From Lophium mytilinum (lineage: Eukaryota), in NCBI GenBank assembly GCA_010093605.1, contig MU004185.1, positions 1,819,334-1,883,333 on the forward strand: a stretch of DNA of 64,000 nt. Direction: 5' to 3'. The notes beneath the pieces are model-generated. The model was given only the letters and a program-made list of their open reading frames with translations. It was not told the DNA's origin and made no database searches. Every line of letters starts with the position of its first letter. The first letter of the stretch is position 1. The position numbers and the translations under genes were made by a program. This document shows, in pieces, positions 41,287 through 56,200 of the stretch.

Positions 41287-44200
41287 TATAAGGGACGTAA
41301 GCGTGCGTTATAGCTTATATATACATTTACGCTAGAGAACTTATAGTTATAATTAAGAGTATATTAAGTATTAAGTATAAGGCTTAATATATTAAACTAT
41401 ATAGACCCCTTACTTATATACCTACTTCTACTAACGCTTCTATACTTATTTCTAATAAGTTACCCCTATTAAAAAAGTTATTATTCTAATAACTTAATAG
41501 AAGAATACTTATAGTTTTAAGATATAGAGGTAAAGAATTATAGGGTAGAGGTAGTAACTAGAATTACTAGGTAAGAGTTATTATATAGAGAGAGTATAGA
41601 TCTAACTATAATTACCTAAAGATAATTAAGCAGTACTCTAGCACTCCCTGTTAATTACTATATTAATATTAATGTTTAAGTCTTATACTTCTTTAGCTTA
41701 CCTAACTTTAGCTCTAGTACTATCCTCTTATTATTTATTATCTATAAGGCACGTTTAGAGTATTATAGATTATTAATCTTTAGAATACTTATAGGGTTCT
41801 TACTTAGTATACTTTTACTAGCTATATCTACTTTTACCTGCGCTAGCGTAATTTTCTAATTATTAGTCTTTAGAATACTTATAATATTCTTACTTAGTAT
41901 ACTTTTAGCTATATCTACTTTTATCTACGCTAGTATAATTTTCCCTTACTACTTAATACTTAGAGTAGCTTATTCTATACTATCTTTCTTAGCCTTCTTA
42001 AGCTTCCTTACCTCCCGCTTTTTCTAGATAATCTCGCCTTTATCTAGAGTAGCTTAAATAGGGTTCTTTAGAATAATATTAGTATCTAGTAGATTAGCTT
42101 TACTATTATTATTCTCTAGAGGTATAAGCTTAACGCTATAACTATATAAGGCGCTATTATTATTACTTAAGTTATTACTTAAGCTACTACTAGCGGCGTC
42201 GCTATTAATATTAATAGCGTATTTAGTAGTATTAATATTAGTAGCTTCTTTAAATATATCTTCTACTATTTATTAGATCTTTACCTATAAAGACCTTAAT
42301 AATACTATTAGAATTTCTTAGGGCCTAACTAATACTATTAGAGATTTCTAGGGCCTAACTAACGCGCGGGAACCTAATACTAATACTATAGTTAGCGGAA
42401 ATCGCCTTACTAGTAGTAATAGTAATAGCGCCTTTTTAGAGGGTATTAGCTTAAATACTTTTAATAGTCTAGCTTCTACTAATACTAGCTTTAGTAATAT
42501 ATAGTTTAGGTTCTACTTAGAGAGTATATTAGCTTATTCTATTTTAACTTTATAGTTAAGATTACTAGCCTCTATATACCCCTATTAGGAAAAAGTAAAT
42601 AGAGGCTTTAAGAACGCTACTAGAATACTATTAATAGATATATTATTTTATACTATAGCGCGTGTAACCTTCTATAGCTCTACCGCCGCTTTCTAGTTAT
42701 ATATATTTACGGAGAATATATTAAAAGAGTAATTACTATTCTCTAGTAGTAGCTTAAGTTCTACTTTTTAAGCTATATTAGCGTGCCCTACTAACTTAAT
42801 AAGCGCGTTTCTTATTAATTCTTTCTCTTTAGTAAGTAAGTTAGGCCTAACTTACTATATTAATTCTGCAAAGTATTATATTAAAGCTATTAACTATAAT
42901 ACTATTACTATATTCTATATAGTAGATATTAGGTTATTAGTAATTAATATAAATAACTGTATTCTATAATTATATCTTACTTATATAATCTTATTTAGCT
43001 TTACCGCGCTCTAAAATATAGCTATCTTACTAGTTAGTAGAAAGTTAGGCTTTTTATTAATATTAGCGTCCTGTATCTTCTTCTTCTTCTTAGCTAGCTC
43101 TATCTATAACTTATTAACTTTCTAATAAAGCCCTTTAAGCTTCTTATTAGCCTTCTCTATTACTTCTTTCTATAATAGTTTTAACTTCTTTTTTACCTTT
43201 ACTAGCTCTATTTATAGGTTCTTAATCTCTTTATAAAGGGTTCTATTTAGGCCTCTTACTATTATAAGCTCTAGCTTAAGCCTAGCGTAGCTAATTCTAT
43301 AGCCGCGGCTTAAGTAAAAAAGTATAATATACTTCTTTATAATAACTCTAGCCTAGTTATAGTTAAATTTATTAAGAACTGCTCTACCGCTAATAATTCT
43401 ATTAACGCCTGCCTAGAGCTTAATATTATCCGCCTTATTACTACTAGACTTCTTTTTCTAATTAAAATTAAATAGGTAGTTTTATTTTAATGTCTATATA
43501 TATTAGTCTAGGGTATCTAGATATTTCTAGTTGCGCTCTTTTATTTCTTTATCTATAACTATATAGTTATAGAATATATATATACTAGACGCTACTATAG
43601 TATAGAAGTTATTAACTATCTATTACTATTTAATAGAGTCTATTTAAAAGCTCTTGCCGGGCTTAGTATATAGAATATTGCTACGTAGCTCCGGGGCTTC
43701 TAGATTTTACTAGCGCTAGTTACTACTAGAGTACTTTCTAATACTAATATTTAGCCCTACTATTCTACTAGGTATATTCTTTATACCTTTAGTACTATCT
43801 ATCTACTAAATAGCTTTATCTATTAAATTAAGGGTATCTATAGCCTAAGCTTTAGTAGTAAAGTTTATAGCTATTATATTATATATATTATAGCCTAGTA
43901 TATTAAGCGTATTATTATATAACTTATTAGTAGTAATAGCTTTATTACTATTATCTATAGCCTTCTTATTTTTATCTTTATTATCTTTATTACTGTTAAC
44001 CTTTTTACTCTTACCCTTACAGGTTTTCTTCTTATCTTTAGCCTTAGGCGTAGCCTTTCTCTTACCTTTACCCTTATTAGCGGATAAGGCGTTAAATCTA
44101 TTCTTATTTTACATATTATACGCCTTAAGTTACTTAGCTATAATAGTATTCTAGTTATTAAGTTATTCTTAGATATATAGATAGATATTCTTTATATTAA

Positions 44201-47200
44201 TATACTCTTCCGCCTTAGTAGTATTAATTTCTATTAATACTACTAGGTTAATATTATTTATTAGCTTTAGAAATAATATACTTAATAGTTTATACTTCTA
44301 CTCTTTACTTAGATTCTTAATAATTAGATTACGCTAGTCCCGGGCGCTCTTATCTCTATATAGTATATAGATACTAAATATAACTAGCTAGGCGCCTATA
44401 ATAGAGTCTACTACTAATAGCTCTATATTTAGGCGCTTTATAAAAATATATATATCTATTCTAAATATTACTACCTAATTCTCTACTAGGTTGGCGGCCG
44501 TAATCTTCTTCTTTTAGTAGAGGTCTAGAAGTTAGCTAATATACTAGTTAGATAACTAGATATTAATCTATAGTAGATTTATAGTATTAATTAGATAGAA
44601 AAAAATATATAAGGTAAACTTATACTTATTATAGATAATATAGCTATTCTTCTTTACTTTTTAAGGTATTTAGTAAGCTTATTAATAACTTTCTATAGAA
44701 TAGTACTATTACTATTATATAGGCGCTACTAGTAGATGTATATTATAGTCTATATCTATTTTAAATAAATTACGCGTAATAAATAAGATATAAACTAATA
44801 CTTAGTTAGTAGCATAGGCGCTACTATAAAGATATAGGTAGATTAGTATAGAGTATTAAGTTAAGTTATATATATAAGCTATTTATTAGTATACTAGAAT
44901 AAATATTTTACTAGTTACTACTATTTATACTAAGAATACTAAGGTTATAACTCTATTTTCTAACCTATAACTTTAATATGTTTACGCGCCTTAAATTTAG
45001 CTACTATATCTAGTATATTCTTATAGAGCTTATTAACTAGTTCCGCTATAATATTCTTATTATTATTATAGCCCTTCTATTTAATATTATAGACGTCCCC
45101 TTCTTCTATATACCTTTATTATAGAATTTTCTTAATAATATACTTCTTCTAGCCTTTAATTAGAATAGGCTTTAGCGGCGGTATAATTCTATTATNNNNN
45201 NNNNNGTTACTTACTCTAAGTAGGTAATACTAATAATAGAATAGATATAACTATACTTTTATAGAAGCTCTAGCTTATAGGCTAAATAGCTAATATATTT
45301 TAAGATTTTAAAAGGCCTAACTTATATTAGTAATAGTAAACTACTATCTAGTAGATAGTAGCCTTACTTAATCTCTTTTATAACCTTAAGATAGACTAAG
45401 CCTATAAGGTCCGGCGGGGTATAGTTCTTATTATAGTAGGCGGCTATCTTAGCTTAGGCTAATTTTAAGGTATTAGTAATATCTAGATATAAGGCTTTCC
45501 TTTTCTAGAGTATTAGAGTATTATTAACTTTAGACCTATAGAATATTTTTAGCATAAGCCTATATATAATTTTATATAGTATATATCTACTAAAAGCATT
45601 AATAGTAGTATTTAAGGCGTATTCTATCTATAGTAGTAATAATTACTATATAGTTTTATATTACTCTATAAGAAGGTAGCATAGTATTATTTCTATAGTT
45701 TAATTTATTCTCTCTACTTATCTATCTACTAATAGATAATATAAAGTTATTATCTATAGATCTACTTTATATTTATTAAATAGGGCTATTTAAAATTTCC
45801 CTATAAACTTTAGGTCTTAATTACTAATAATAGCGTTTAGTAAGCCCTAGTTATAGAAGATATAATTAAAGAACTAGTTAGCCTAGACTTCTATAGAATC
45901 TATATTCTTTCCTAGAATTAGATATATAGTTTTAGAAAACTTATTTATAATAGTTATAATTATATTATTACTATTAACTAAAAGTAGTAATTCTATAATA
46001 AAATTAATTACTAGTATAGTAAATAGCTATTCTAGTATAGGGATAGGTTAGAGCTGCCTATATAGCTTCTAGTTTCTTAGTTTTAACGTACTATAAGCTA
46101 GATAAGCTATTATTTATTTCTTAATCTTTTAGTAAAGCCTTAGAGTATATATCTTATACTAAAGCCTATAGTAGATATAGTTTACTCTATTATGCCCGCT
46201 ATTAAGGTGCGTCTTTTAGATAGCGTTAGTTGCTATACTACTAGGTAGATAAAGGCGTTATTAACCGCTGCTATCCTTTAAGTATAGAAGGCCGTTATCT
46301 AGAAAAAAACTATAGTAGTACTTTTTCTATTCCTTAGCTACTCTTATATATAGCTACTCTAATACTACCTTAAAGGCTTTATTCTTTCTTAGCTTAGCTT
46401 TAATCTATTTTTTATATATATTTTTAACGCAGATAGTTATTATTATAAGGCTAGTAGTAACCGCCTTATTAGGTATAGCTTTATTATAAATAGCGTTATT
46501 ATAGACTATTAGTAGCCTTAATAGCCTATTTATATTTTTATACTACCTTCTAGGCTTATATATAATCTTTATTCTAGATAGAAATATAGAGAGATAAAGC
46601 TTCTATTCTCTAAGGCGCGCTAATTATTTATTCTTATCTTTTATCTAAAGGGTAGACTATAGGGCTTTATAATTAATATAGACTATAAAGTTATTTCTAT
46701 CTAAATATAGATAAAGCTTTCTAAGTACCTAGACTAGTGCGTTTACTTCTAACTCTATTACCTAGTAGTTCTTCTTATACTTCTTTAGTAATTAGCTAAT
46801 AAATAGAACTAGTTATTTAACGCTATCCGCGCTAATCTAGTATAAGGCGCAGCTATATTCTTATTTCTTTAATCTATTAATATAAATAATAAAGGGGTAT
46901 AAGTAGTCTAGTAAGGCTAAAACTAGTTTATTATAGAGCTTTATCTTAATATTTTTCTATGCATCTATATATTTCTAGGGAGGGTCTATTATCTTCTACG
47001 CTATTATATAGTTTTTTCGCGCTCGTTTCTTACTAGAGCTATCTTTTAGCCTATCTAGCTTTAATTTCTATAGCGGAGCTATAATATAGTTATATTCTTT
47101 AATATAGTAATAGTACTATCTAAAGAAGGCTAGTTTTAATTCTAGGTTATAAATATTACAGTGTAATATAGAATTATAATAGAAAACTAGATAGTATTAA

Positions 47201-50200
47201 GTATATAATAAAGTAGCTATAAAAAGAGAGAGTAGGGCGCGGAGCGTTAGCTAAGAGGTAGGTAAGGCTAGCGCTAAGTAAGGTTATATAATAGTAGCAC
47301 ATAATAGAGACTATATAACGCTATTATTTATAATAGAAATATATCGCGATAAGGGTTATATTATAGCTATAATACTACCCCCCTCTAAAAGAAAGCTATA
47401 TATATATAGCCTTTCTATTTTAGTATATATACTTACTATAGTTTTAGTCTTATAATTATATAAAGGGTTATTATTCTTCCGGGTTATAGTAGGTACTTAC
47501 TAAGCCTTAGATATAAGGTTAGTAATATAGTTAATCTTATATATATTACTAAGCTTTATTGCGTAGTCTATATAGTGCGGCGTTATCTAATTTATATAAA
47601 TTAGTAATAGCTTAGCCGGCCGGTACTAGTTAAGTTAGTAAGGTAGGGGACAGGTGTTATCTATAGAGCGTTATTATAATTAGGGCAAGTAGCGGCTTTT
47701 AATATTTAGGCTTCTAGAAGAACTTATAGAGTTCTTTTACTTTTAGGTAGATATAGTAATAGTCTATAATAGTATTATAGTAGTTAGTAATACTAGTATA
47801 GGATTTCTATTAAGAATTAGCGTTCTATTTAGGGTAACTAGTATAAAGAATCTTATACTAAAGTAGGCCTTTTTAGTTTATAGCTAGGTTAAGTATAGCC
47901 TTATTAATACGTAAGTTAATAATTTTATTAACATTCTATTACTTATAGCCTTCTTTATTAATTTTAATAGGTCTAGGTTCTTTCTAGATCTAGCCTTCTA
48001 ATAGCTTATACGTAATGTAATAAAGTAGCTATAGATAGAAGGCGTTAAATACTCCCTTTATAGTATATAGAAGAGATAGCTTATAGATAGTATTATTAAT
48101 AACTCTAGTAACTTTAAATAGACTAAGCTATTTATAATTAAGTAACTTATTTAGTTATTAGGTCTTAATATTACGCGCGTCTAGTATAACTTAGTTACTA
48201 ACTTTAAACTCTATAGCTAGTTTCCGCTTATAGTTAGTAAACTCTTTCTATCTAGCTTATACCTAAATTAATTTATTATAGAGAAAGAGGTAAAGGTTAT
48301 TTAATTACTTAGTAAGTGTATTAGCTTTCTCTCTAAGCGGCTTCTATAGTCCCTTAGCTATAGAGTTATTAGCTAGTTTAAGACTAGAGTACGGATTATA
48401 CCCTTTTATTGTAATAAAGGGAGAGACGCTAGTAGTTATCTTATCTAAATTTACTTTAAATTTAGTAATAGGTAGAAGGTTAGCCTAGTTATCTTACTTA
48501 TAATTAATATACGCGCGTAAATACTATTTAAGGGCTATATTAGTAATTTTAGTTTATCTATCTATTTTAGAATAAAAAGTAGTAGAGAGCTTTAGCTTTA
48601 TTTTAACTTAAGCGCATAGCTGCTTCTAGAAGTAGAAGATAAATTAAGGGCCTTAATTAGAAATAATTAAGTATAGGTATTCTTCTTCTTACTATATCTA
48701 TTTAATAAACGCCTAGGTAATATTCTTAGCCTCTATAGAGTCTATAGTAATAAACTTTCTCTTTTTTAAGAATTAGTTAACTATAACTATAATATATTTA
48801 AGCTTGCAACCCTATTATTTATAGATTAGTAGAGAAGTAATAAAGTTAATAGAAATATAATACTAATACTAATCTAGAATAGGTAATAGATAGAGTAATC
48901 TCTATTTTTCTTCTTAGGAGTGCTTAGATCTCTTATAGGCTAAATAGGCGCTAATATACTAGTCTATATAAAATATTATCTATAGCTAGTAATAGTGCTT
49001 ATAGAGTTATGCGTAGGTTAATATTATTCTAGCGTATCTAGCGGGCTTAGGTTTATATATAGATTAGATAATATAAGTATATAGTTATTTAATATCTAGA
49101 ATATAGAGCCGCTTATAGATATAGAGAAGGTTATTAATAACTTTATAGTTACCTAGTTCTATTTATAGGTAATAATCCTAATAGAACTACGCAGGTAGTT
49201 ATTATTAGTTATAGTGCTTAGTGTATTTAATAGCTTATATAATAGGGTTACCTTTAGAGTATTTTTAGATCCTTTAAAGAATTTAATTACCTATAAGAAC
49301 TATTTTAGATAAATTATTTAGCTTATTATCTATAGGCAGTTTCTTAATAGTAGAATTATATAGCTTATCTACTAGAGGTATTTTATTCTTCTTAGGTTGT
49401 CCTTATAGGCGAGCTAGGCTAGAGTTATTTATCTTATCTAGTGTAGTTATTGTTTAAGAGGCTATTATTTTCTTAGGGCGGCCTTGTATATAAACGCGTA
49501 GTCTAGAATTATTTAGCTTATCTAGGATAGCGGGCGGAGGGCGTATACGCGTAACTACTAGCTAGATACCTTTATCTTCTAGATAATTAAATTTACTAAA
49601 GTTATATATTATCTATGCTAGCTTAATAGAAGTGTATTTAAGTGTATTAGTAAGAATATATATAAGCTTAATAGTATAGTGCATTTCTAGTTTATAGTTA
49701 CTTAGTTTTAGTATAACTTACTCTTAATATTTATATTAGTTGTCTTCTAGGGCTAGTTTATTACCTAGTTATTAAGTTAGTAAGTTAGGTTTTTTATTTT
49801 ACTTGCCTAGCTTATAGATAATCTTAAAGTTAAACTTAGTAAGAAATTTAGCCTATTAGGCTTATTATTAGTTAAGCTATTTAGAAGTTATAAACATCTA
49901 TAAGTTCTTATAATCTAAGATAATATTAACTAGGCTATTATACTTCTAGCCTTATCTAGCGAGTTCTAGTCTCTATTCCTTAAAGGCTAGTATAATGGCG
50001 AGAAGCTCCTTATTATAGATAGCGTAATTAATCTACTATAGTATTATATATTATAATATAAAGGCAATAGGGTAGAGTATTCTATCTAGCTAGACCTAAG
50101 AGAGTACTGCAGCGGTTATATAGTTAGAGGAGTTGCACTCTACTTAAGTATTATAATTAGGGTTTTATAGTGCTAGCTATAGGGTAGCGTAGAAATATTT

Positions 50201-53200
50201 CTTAATATTGTAAAAGGCCTTAGCTTTATTACTATTATCTAGCTATAGAAACTTAAAACCCTTTTATACGGCGGAGGTTAGCGTTATTAGTAGAGCTATA
50301 AACGCGGAGTAGTCTATAATAAAATAATAATAGAAGTTATAGAATTCTAGAAAGGCTTAGATATTCTTAAGGTTCTATAGTATTAGCTAGTTAAGTACTA
50401 TTTAAACCTTGGCTGGATCTATTTAAATACTATTAACGCTAATAAGTATACTAAGATATTTAACCTTATTAACAGTAAATTCGCATTTATAGATATTAAG
50501 GAATAGTCTAGCGTTATAAAGCTTAGTAATAATTATAAGAACGTGCGCTTTATATTTCTCTAATATATTACTATATATTAGAACGTTATTTATATATATA
50601 GTATAGAAGTTATTAAGGTATTTCTATAAGGTATTATTAATATAGGCCTAGAAGAAACTAGGTGCATTATATAATCTAAATAGAAGTACTATAAACTTAA
50701 ATAACCCCTAATAGGTAAGAAAGGCTATTTTATATTTATTGCCTTTCTTAATTTATAGTATATTAAATGCGCTAATTACATTAAGCTTAGTATAGTACCT
50801 AGCTTTTACTAATAAGGTAAGGGTGTCTTTAATAAGTAGTAGTATATTATAACTTTTAATACTAATTTTATTAAGGCCTTAATAATTAATATAGACTTAA
50901 AGTCCTTCTTCTAGTTTCTTAATAACTAGTATAGGTGCAGTATATAATAATAAACTAGGGCGGATAAATTCTTTAGTACGTATCTTATTAATAAAGGCTT
51001 TAATAATAGTAGCCTAGTCTCTTAAGAAACTATATACCTTGCAAGCAGGTAGTTTAGAGCTAGGGAGAATATTAATTATATAATCTATTAGCCTATAAGG
51101 TAGTAGTTTATTTACTTCTTAGGGGTTCTATACATTAGCTATATAATATAGCTAGTTAGAAAGTAAAGCTTTAATTTCCTAGTTAGTAATAGGGGGACGG
51201 TTTATCTTCTTAAAGAATTTGCGATAATTAGATAGATTAATAGTAAATATATTAGTGGTAAAAGTAGCTATTTACGTATTATTAAGAATGTTATTAAGTT
51301 TAGCAAGGCTATATAATACTAGATCTACTTCTAGGGTAGAGCTCTATAGAGGATAAGTTATAGGCTAAGGCTAATAGCGCTTATAATCCTCTATCTATTA
51401 TAGCTTTTTCTAATTATTATCTTATAGTTAAATAATATAGTCCTCTTTACCGTTATACTAGAGCTTCTAATAGGCCGCTATTATATTCTTAGCTTTATCT
51501 AGTTCTAAGCCTAGTTTTTAATATTTATTAAAGACGTTTTATAGGGCGTTATTATATATACGCTTATCTACTTAAATAATATTATAGTCTTTACTATTAC
51601 TCTATATATGTCTATATCTATTTATATAAAGGCAGTAATTATAATAGAAGTCTTTATTAAAATTAAGGGCGTATTTACTCTATATAATATTAGGCTTATA
51701 CTTCTTAAACTATAGTATGCCTAATATAATATTATAGCCCTTAAGATTAGTAATATAGTACTATATATTCTCTATATAGGCTTCTAAGAATAGTATAAGC
51801 TAGGCCTTATAAGTTATAAGCTTTATAGGTATACTATTAGCTAAGTATAGTAGAATAGGGGTAGCTAGTAGTAGTATTATAAGCTTATTAGCTTTAGCGT
51901 ATAAATATAAAATAAAGGTAAAGTAGAAGTAGCCTGTATTAGTAAGATAGCGGCTATTAGTTATACTAGTAGGTGTCTAAATTCTATATTTAAAATTTAA
52001 CTATTTTCTATAAGTAACTTCTTAGGTTAAGTTAGTAGAATAAGCTAATAGCTAGATCTTATCTAGCTCTAGGGGTAGCCGTTCTAGCTCCTAGATATAG
52101 GCTATAATAGTACTTAGAAAGAATTCTATATAGCTCTATCTATAACTATAGTTAAAGCCTATATAAAATCCTTTCTATTACTATTACTATTATTATCTAT
52201 ATTACTATTACTAAGAACGCTAGATAATAAAGTTTTATTAGCGTAAGTAATAATAGTAAGGTCCTCTCTATTACTATTAATAGAAATTAAGTTATTACTA
52301 TCTTTATCCGCGTAATAAATTATAGAAAGCTTAAGTTTAAGGCTATTATTAGCTTTAGATAGACGTTTAGTTAGCTTATACTTTAATAGAGGGGGTTTAT
52401 TAGCGTATAGGCGCTTAGAGTTATTAGCTTAATAGCCCTTTTTAATGTAGTAGAAATAATAGCCTTTAGTATATAGTACTACTATAACTACTAGAGGAAG
52501 GTAAATAGGGCGGTTACCTTAGTTCTTCTTATTATTGCGAATAGATAACTATTACCTATAGCTCTACTTAGGGCGGCAGTCTTAGTTTTAGTAGTTATTT
52601 AGTTAGTAATTACTTAAGTAGTTATTACTATAGCTATTTTAGAATCTAGATAATTAAGAGGGCTAGATAGTTATATTACGCTAAGTGTTGTTCTAAAGAA
52701 AGGCTTTAGCGCGGAATACTATAGTAATAAGTATAGGCTAATCTTAGTAGCTATTAGCGCTGCTAAATACTTAGCGGCTAAGATCTAGGCGTAGTAGACG
52801 CTTAAGCTATCCTTTCTTAGAGGTAAAAGAAATCTAGTTCTTATTATTAATATTAGTTATCTCTTTAAAATATAGTATATATATATTCTATAACTTATAG
52901 CCCTTTATCTTTACCTTATTACTATAGAGGATATTATCTATATAGGTAGGCTTATTAAAGATAGTAAAATATAGGTCTATATAGGTAAATATCTTATTAA
53001 GAGTCTTAAAGTTCTTATTTAGTAAGGGCTTCTTAAACTAAGTATAGCTATAGATAGTAGCTTCCGCGTAATTAATATAGTATAATTTAATATATTCTAT
53101 TTTACTCTACTTATCTAGGTAGGCTAGGCCCTTATATTAAAAGATAGCGTAGGCATAGCTCTTCTAAGATAGGTATTAGTATTTATTACTCTTGCTAGTA

Positions 53201-56200
53201 AATTTCTAGAGATTATAGAACTTAGGCTTATAGTCTCTATAGAGCTATAGGTATATAAGCTAAGTTATAGTATTATTATCTATAATAGTAAAGTTATTAT
53301 AATTAGTATTATTATTATTATCTTCTAAGTTATAGTTAAGGTTGCCTGCAGCGGCGGCGGCAGCGTAATATAATTAGGCGGGTGCTAATACTACTATCTA
53401 GTTTACTTTTAGATTAGTGTACTACTACTTATAGGTAAGACCTAGCTCTTTAAAGTAATTACACTAGATTTATAGGCGGTTTAAATTCTATTACGCTGTA
53501 GTAATATCTTATTAGAGGGCTTTATTTACTAAGCGTGCTTTAGTAAGAAGAAAAGTTTTAGCTTTATAGGCTTTATATTTAGTTATAAACTATTAAGTAT
53601 ACTTAGTATACGCCTTCTTATTTTCTAATTAAAGACGCGTAATATCTTTATTTAGTTAAGTAACCTTAGCTTATAAGCATAAGATCTTAGAGTTATAAGC
53701 TCTAGCTTAGTTCTAGAGAGTATTTAATTCTATATTCTTAGCCTATATATCTTTTTAAAGTCCTTCTAGGTTCTCTTAAAATATAGTAACTCTATAGTAT
53801 ATATCTTTATAATACTTAGAAACTATATTATAGAAGGCTTTAGCGGAGTTAAGGTTAATATTAATAGTGTTAGTAACTCTATTATAGTTAATATAGAATG
53901 TAATACCTTTAGCTATTATAGTAAAGTATAACTTATAGCGGCTAGAGTTGTAGTATAATAATAGGCCTAGTATAGGGGATTCTAGGTTAGGCTATAATAG
54001 TATAGCTATAGAGAAGGGGCTCTATACTAACAGGGGTAGATTATTAGTGCGCTCCTTAGTGCGCTAGGCTTTCTAAGTAAATAGAAGGACTAGGCTAGTA
54101 GAAATATTATTATTTTATATATTAAGAAGGTTACCTTAACTAAAGTAGACTACTTTCTAGAGGTCTATAGCTAACTAGAATTAGGTATTATCTTTCTTAT
54201 TAAGTTTATTAAGCTCTTAGTCTAATTACTTATTATCTTCCTTATTAGAGGTAATATAGAATTTCTTATCCTCTAGATTAAGAGAGCGCTTACTACGCTA
54301 GAGAATAGTAGTTAGCTAGAGGCAGTTATAGATAGCAGCTACGCCTAGTTTAATAGTACTAGCTTTTAGTATATAGAGTTTACTATAAGTAGCTAGCTAC
54401 TCTAGAGTAGAACTAATACTAAATTAAGATAATTTATCTACCTTTTTATATAAGGCTTTAGCGTATTAGGTCTCTTATTATACTTACTAAGAGTTAGAGG
54501 CTAGTATTAACTAGGTAGCTTAGCTATTAAGGGTAGAGTATAGGTTAGTATTACTACTCTTATTAGTATATACGCCGCTAGAGAAAGCTTCTAAGTACGC
54601 TATAGTATATTTACTGCAACTTAGTATTATAGGCGGGTAGTTCTAAGGTCTTAGATAAAAAGGTACTAGTACTAGAAAGTTACGCTAGTTAACTATTACT
54701 AGTTAGATAATAATAGAGGGTATTCTAGTAGGTAGATAATAGTCTAGGTAGATAGATAGTAGTCTAGGTAGATAGATAAAGAAAAAGATTAGTATAGAAA
54801 GAAAGGTTATAGGGCCTCTATAAAAGCTAGAAAGTAGACTTAGCTAGTATACTTCTTAGCGGCCGTTCTTAGCGGCTAAGCTAATTAGTAAATAATAATA
54901 ATTGTGCTAGGTTTAGTTAGTTTACGCGTGCGCAGGTAGAAGCGTAATAGTAAGTAGGTTTATAAGGCCTACGCGTTAGTTTATATAGGTAATAGAGTGT
55001 AGTATTTTTACTATAAGGCTATAGAGCCTTCTTCTATTTTAGTTTCTTATTAATAAAGGTTACGGGAATTAAATTTAGTAGCTATAGAGGTGCCGGTATA
55101 TATATAGATAGGTAAAAAAAAAGAGTACTTTTAATATCTTCTAGAAGCTAGAAGAGTAGCTACTTTATATTATAGTGTAATATAGAATTATAATAGAAAA
55201 CTAGATAGTATTAAGTATATAATAAAGTAGCTATAAGAAGAGAAAGTAGGGCGCGGAGCGTTAGCTAAGAGGTAGATAAGGCTAGCGCTAAGTAAGGTTA
55301 TATAATAGTAGCACGTAATAGAGGCTACGTAACGCCGTTACTTATAATAGAAACATATTATAATAAGGGTTGCGTTACAGCTATAATAATAAAGCGTTCT
55401 TAGAAATTATATAATTCTAATAGTATTAGTCTTTTTCTCTAAGGTACTAAGGCCTAATCTAGAGATGTAATAGCCTAGTATTTCTAGGCTATAATAGCTA
55501 AAATAGTACTTATCTAGTAGTAAAGTAACGCCGGCGTTCTATAAGGCTATTATAACTTTATCTAGGTAGTAGAGGTACTTCTTCTTTAATCTAGAGTAGA
55601 TAATAATATTATTAATATATATAGTAATAAACTTCTAGAGGTATAGTATAAATAATATCTCTATATAGTATTAGAAAAACCCTAGTATATTTACTAACCC
55701 TATTATTACTACTATTAGCTACTTATAGCTATAATATAGTATAATAAAGCTAGTCTTCTACTAATCTTTCTTTTTTAGGCGCTATTAAAAGAAGCCTTTT
55801 ATTATATCTATTAATAAGAAGATAATAGCTCCGCCTAGTAAATTAAAGATATTATTCTATTATAGTAGCGGATAGGTATCTAGATATAACTTAGTATTAA
55901 TCTTTTAAAGGTCTACTACTACTTTTAGCTTACTATTCCTCTATACTATAAACGCTAGTAACGCTGCTACTAATAGCTAGCTAAGTGGAATCTTCTCTAC
56001 GCGTCCTTGCGCTATAAGTAAGTTAAGAATATTATTAATTACCTACTTATTCTACTTAGAGAGTCTATAAGCTCTTTATTTAAGCCTATATATATCTATT
56101 TTATTTATAAAAGAAATTAGTATATCTATACTATTATTAAATAGCCCTAAGTATTTATTAAAGAGTTTAGTATACTTATAGGTAATATAGTATAGGGCTT

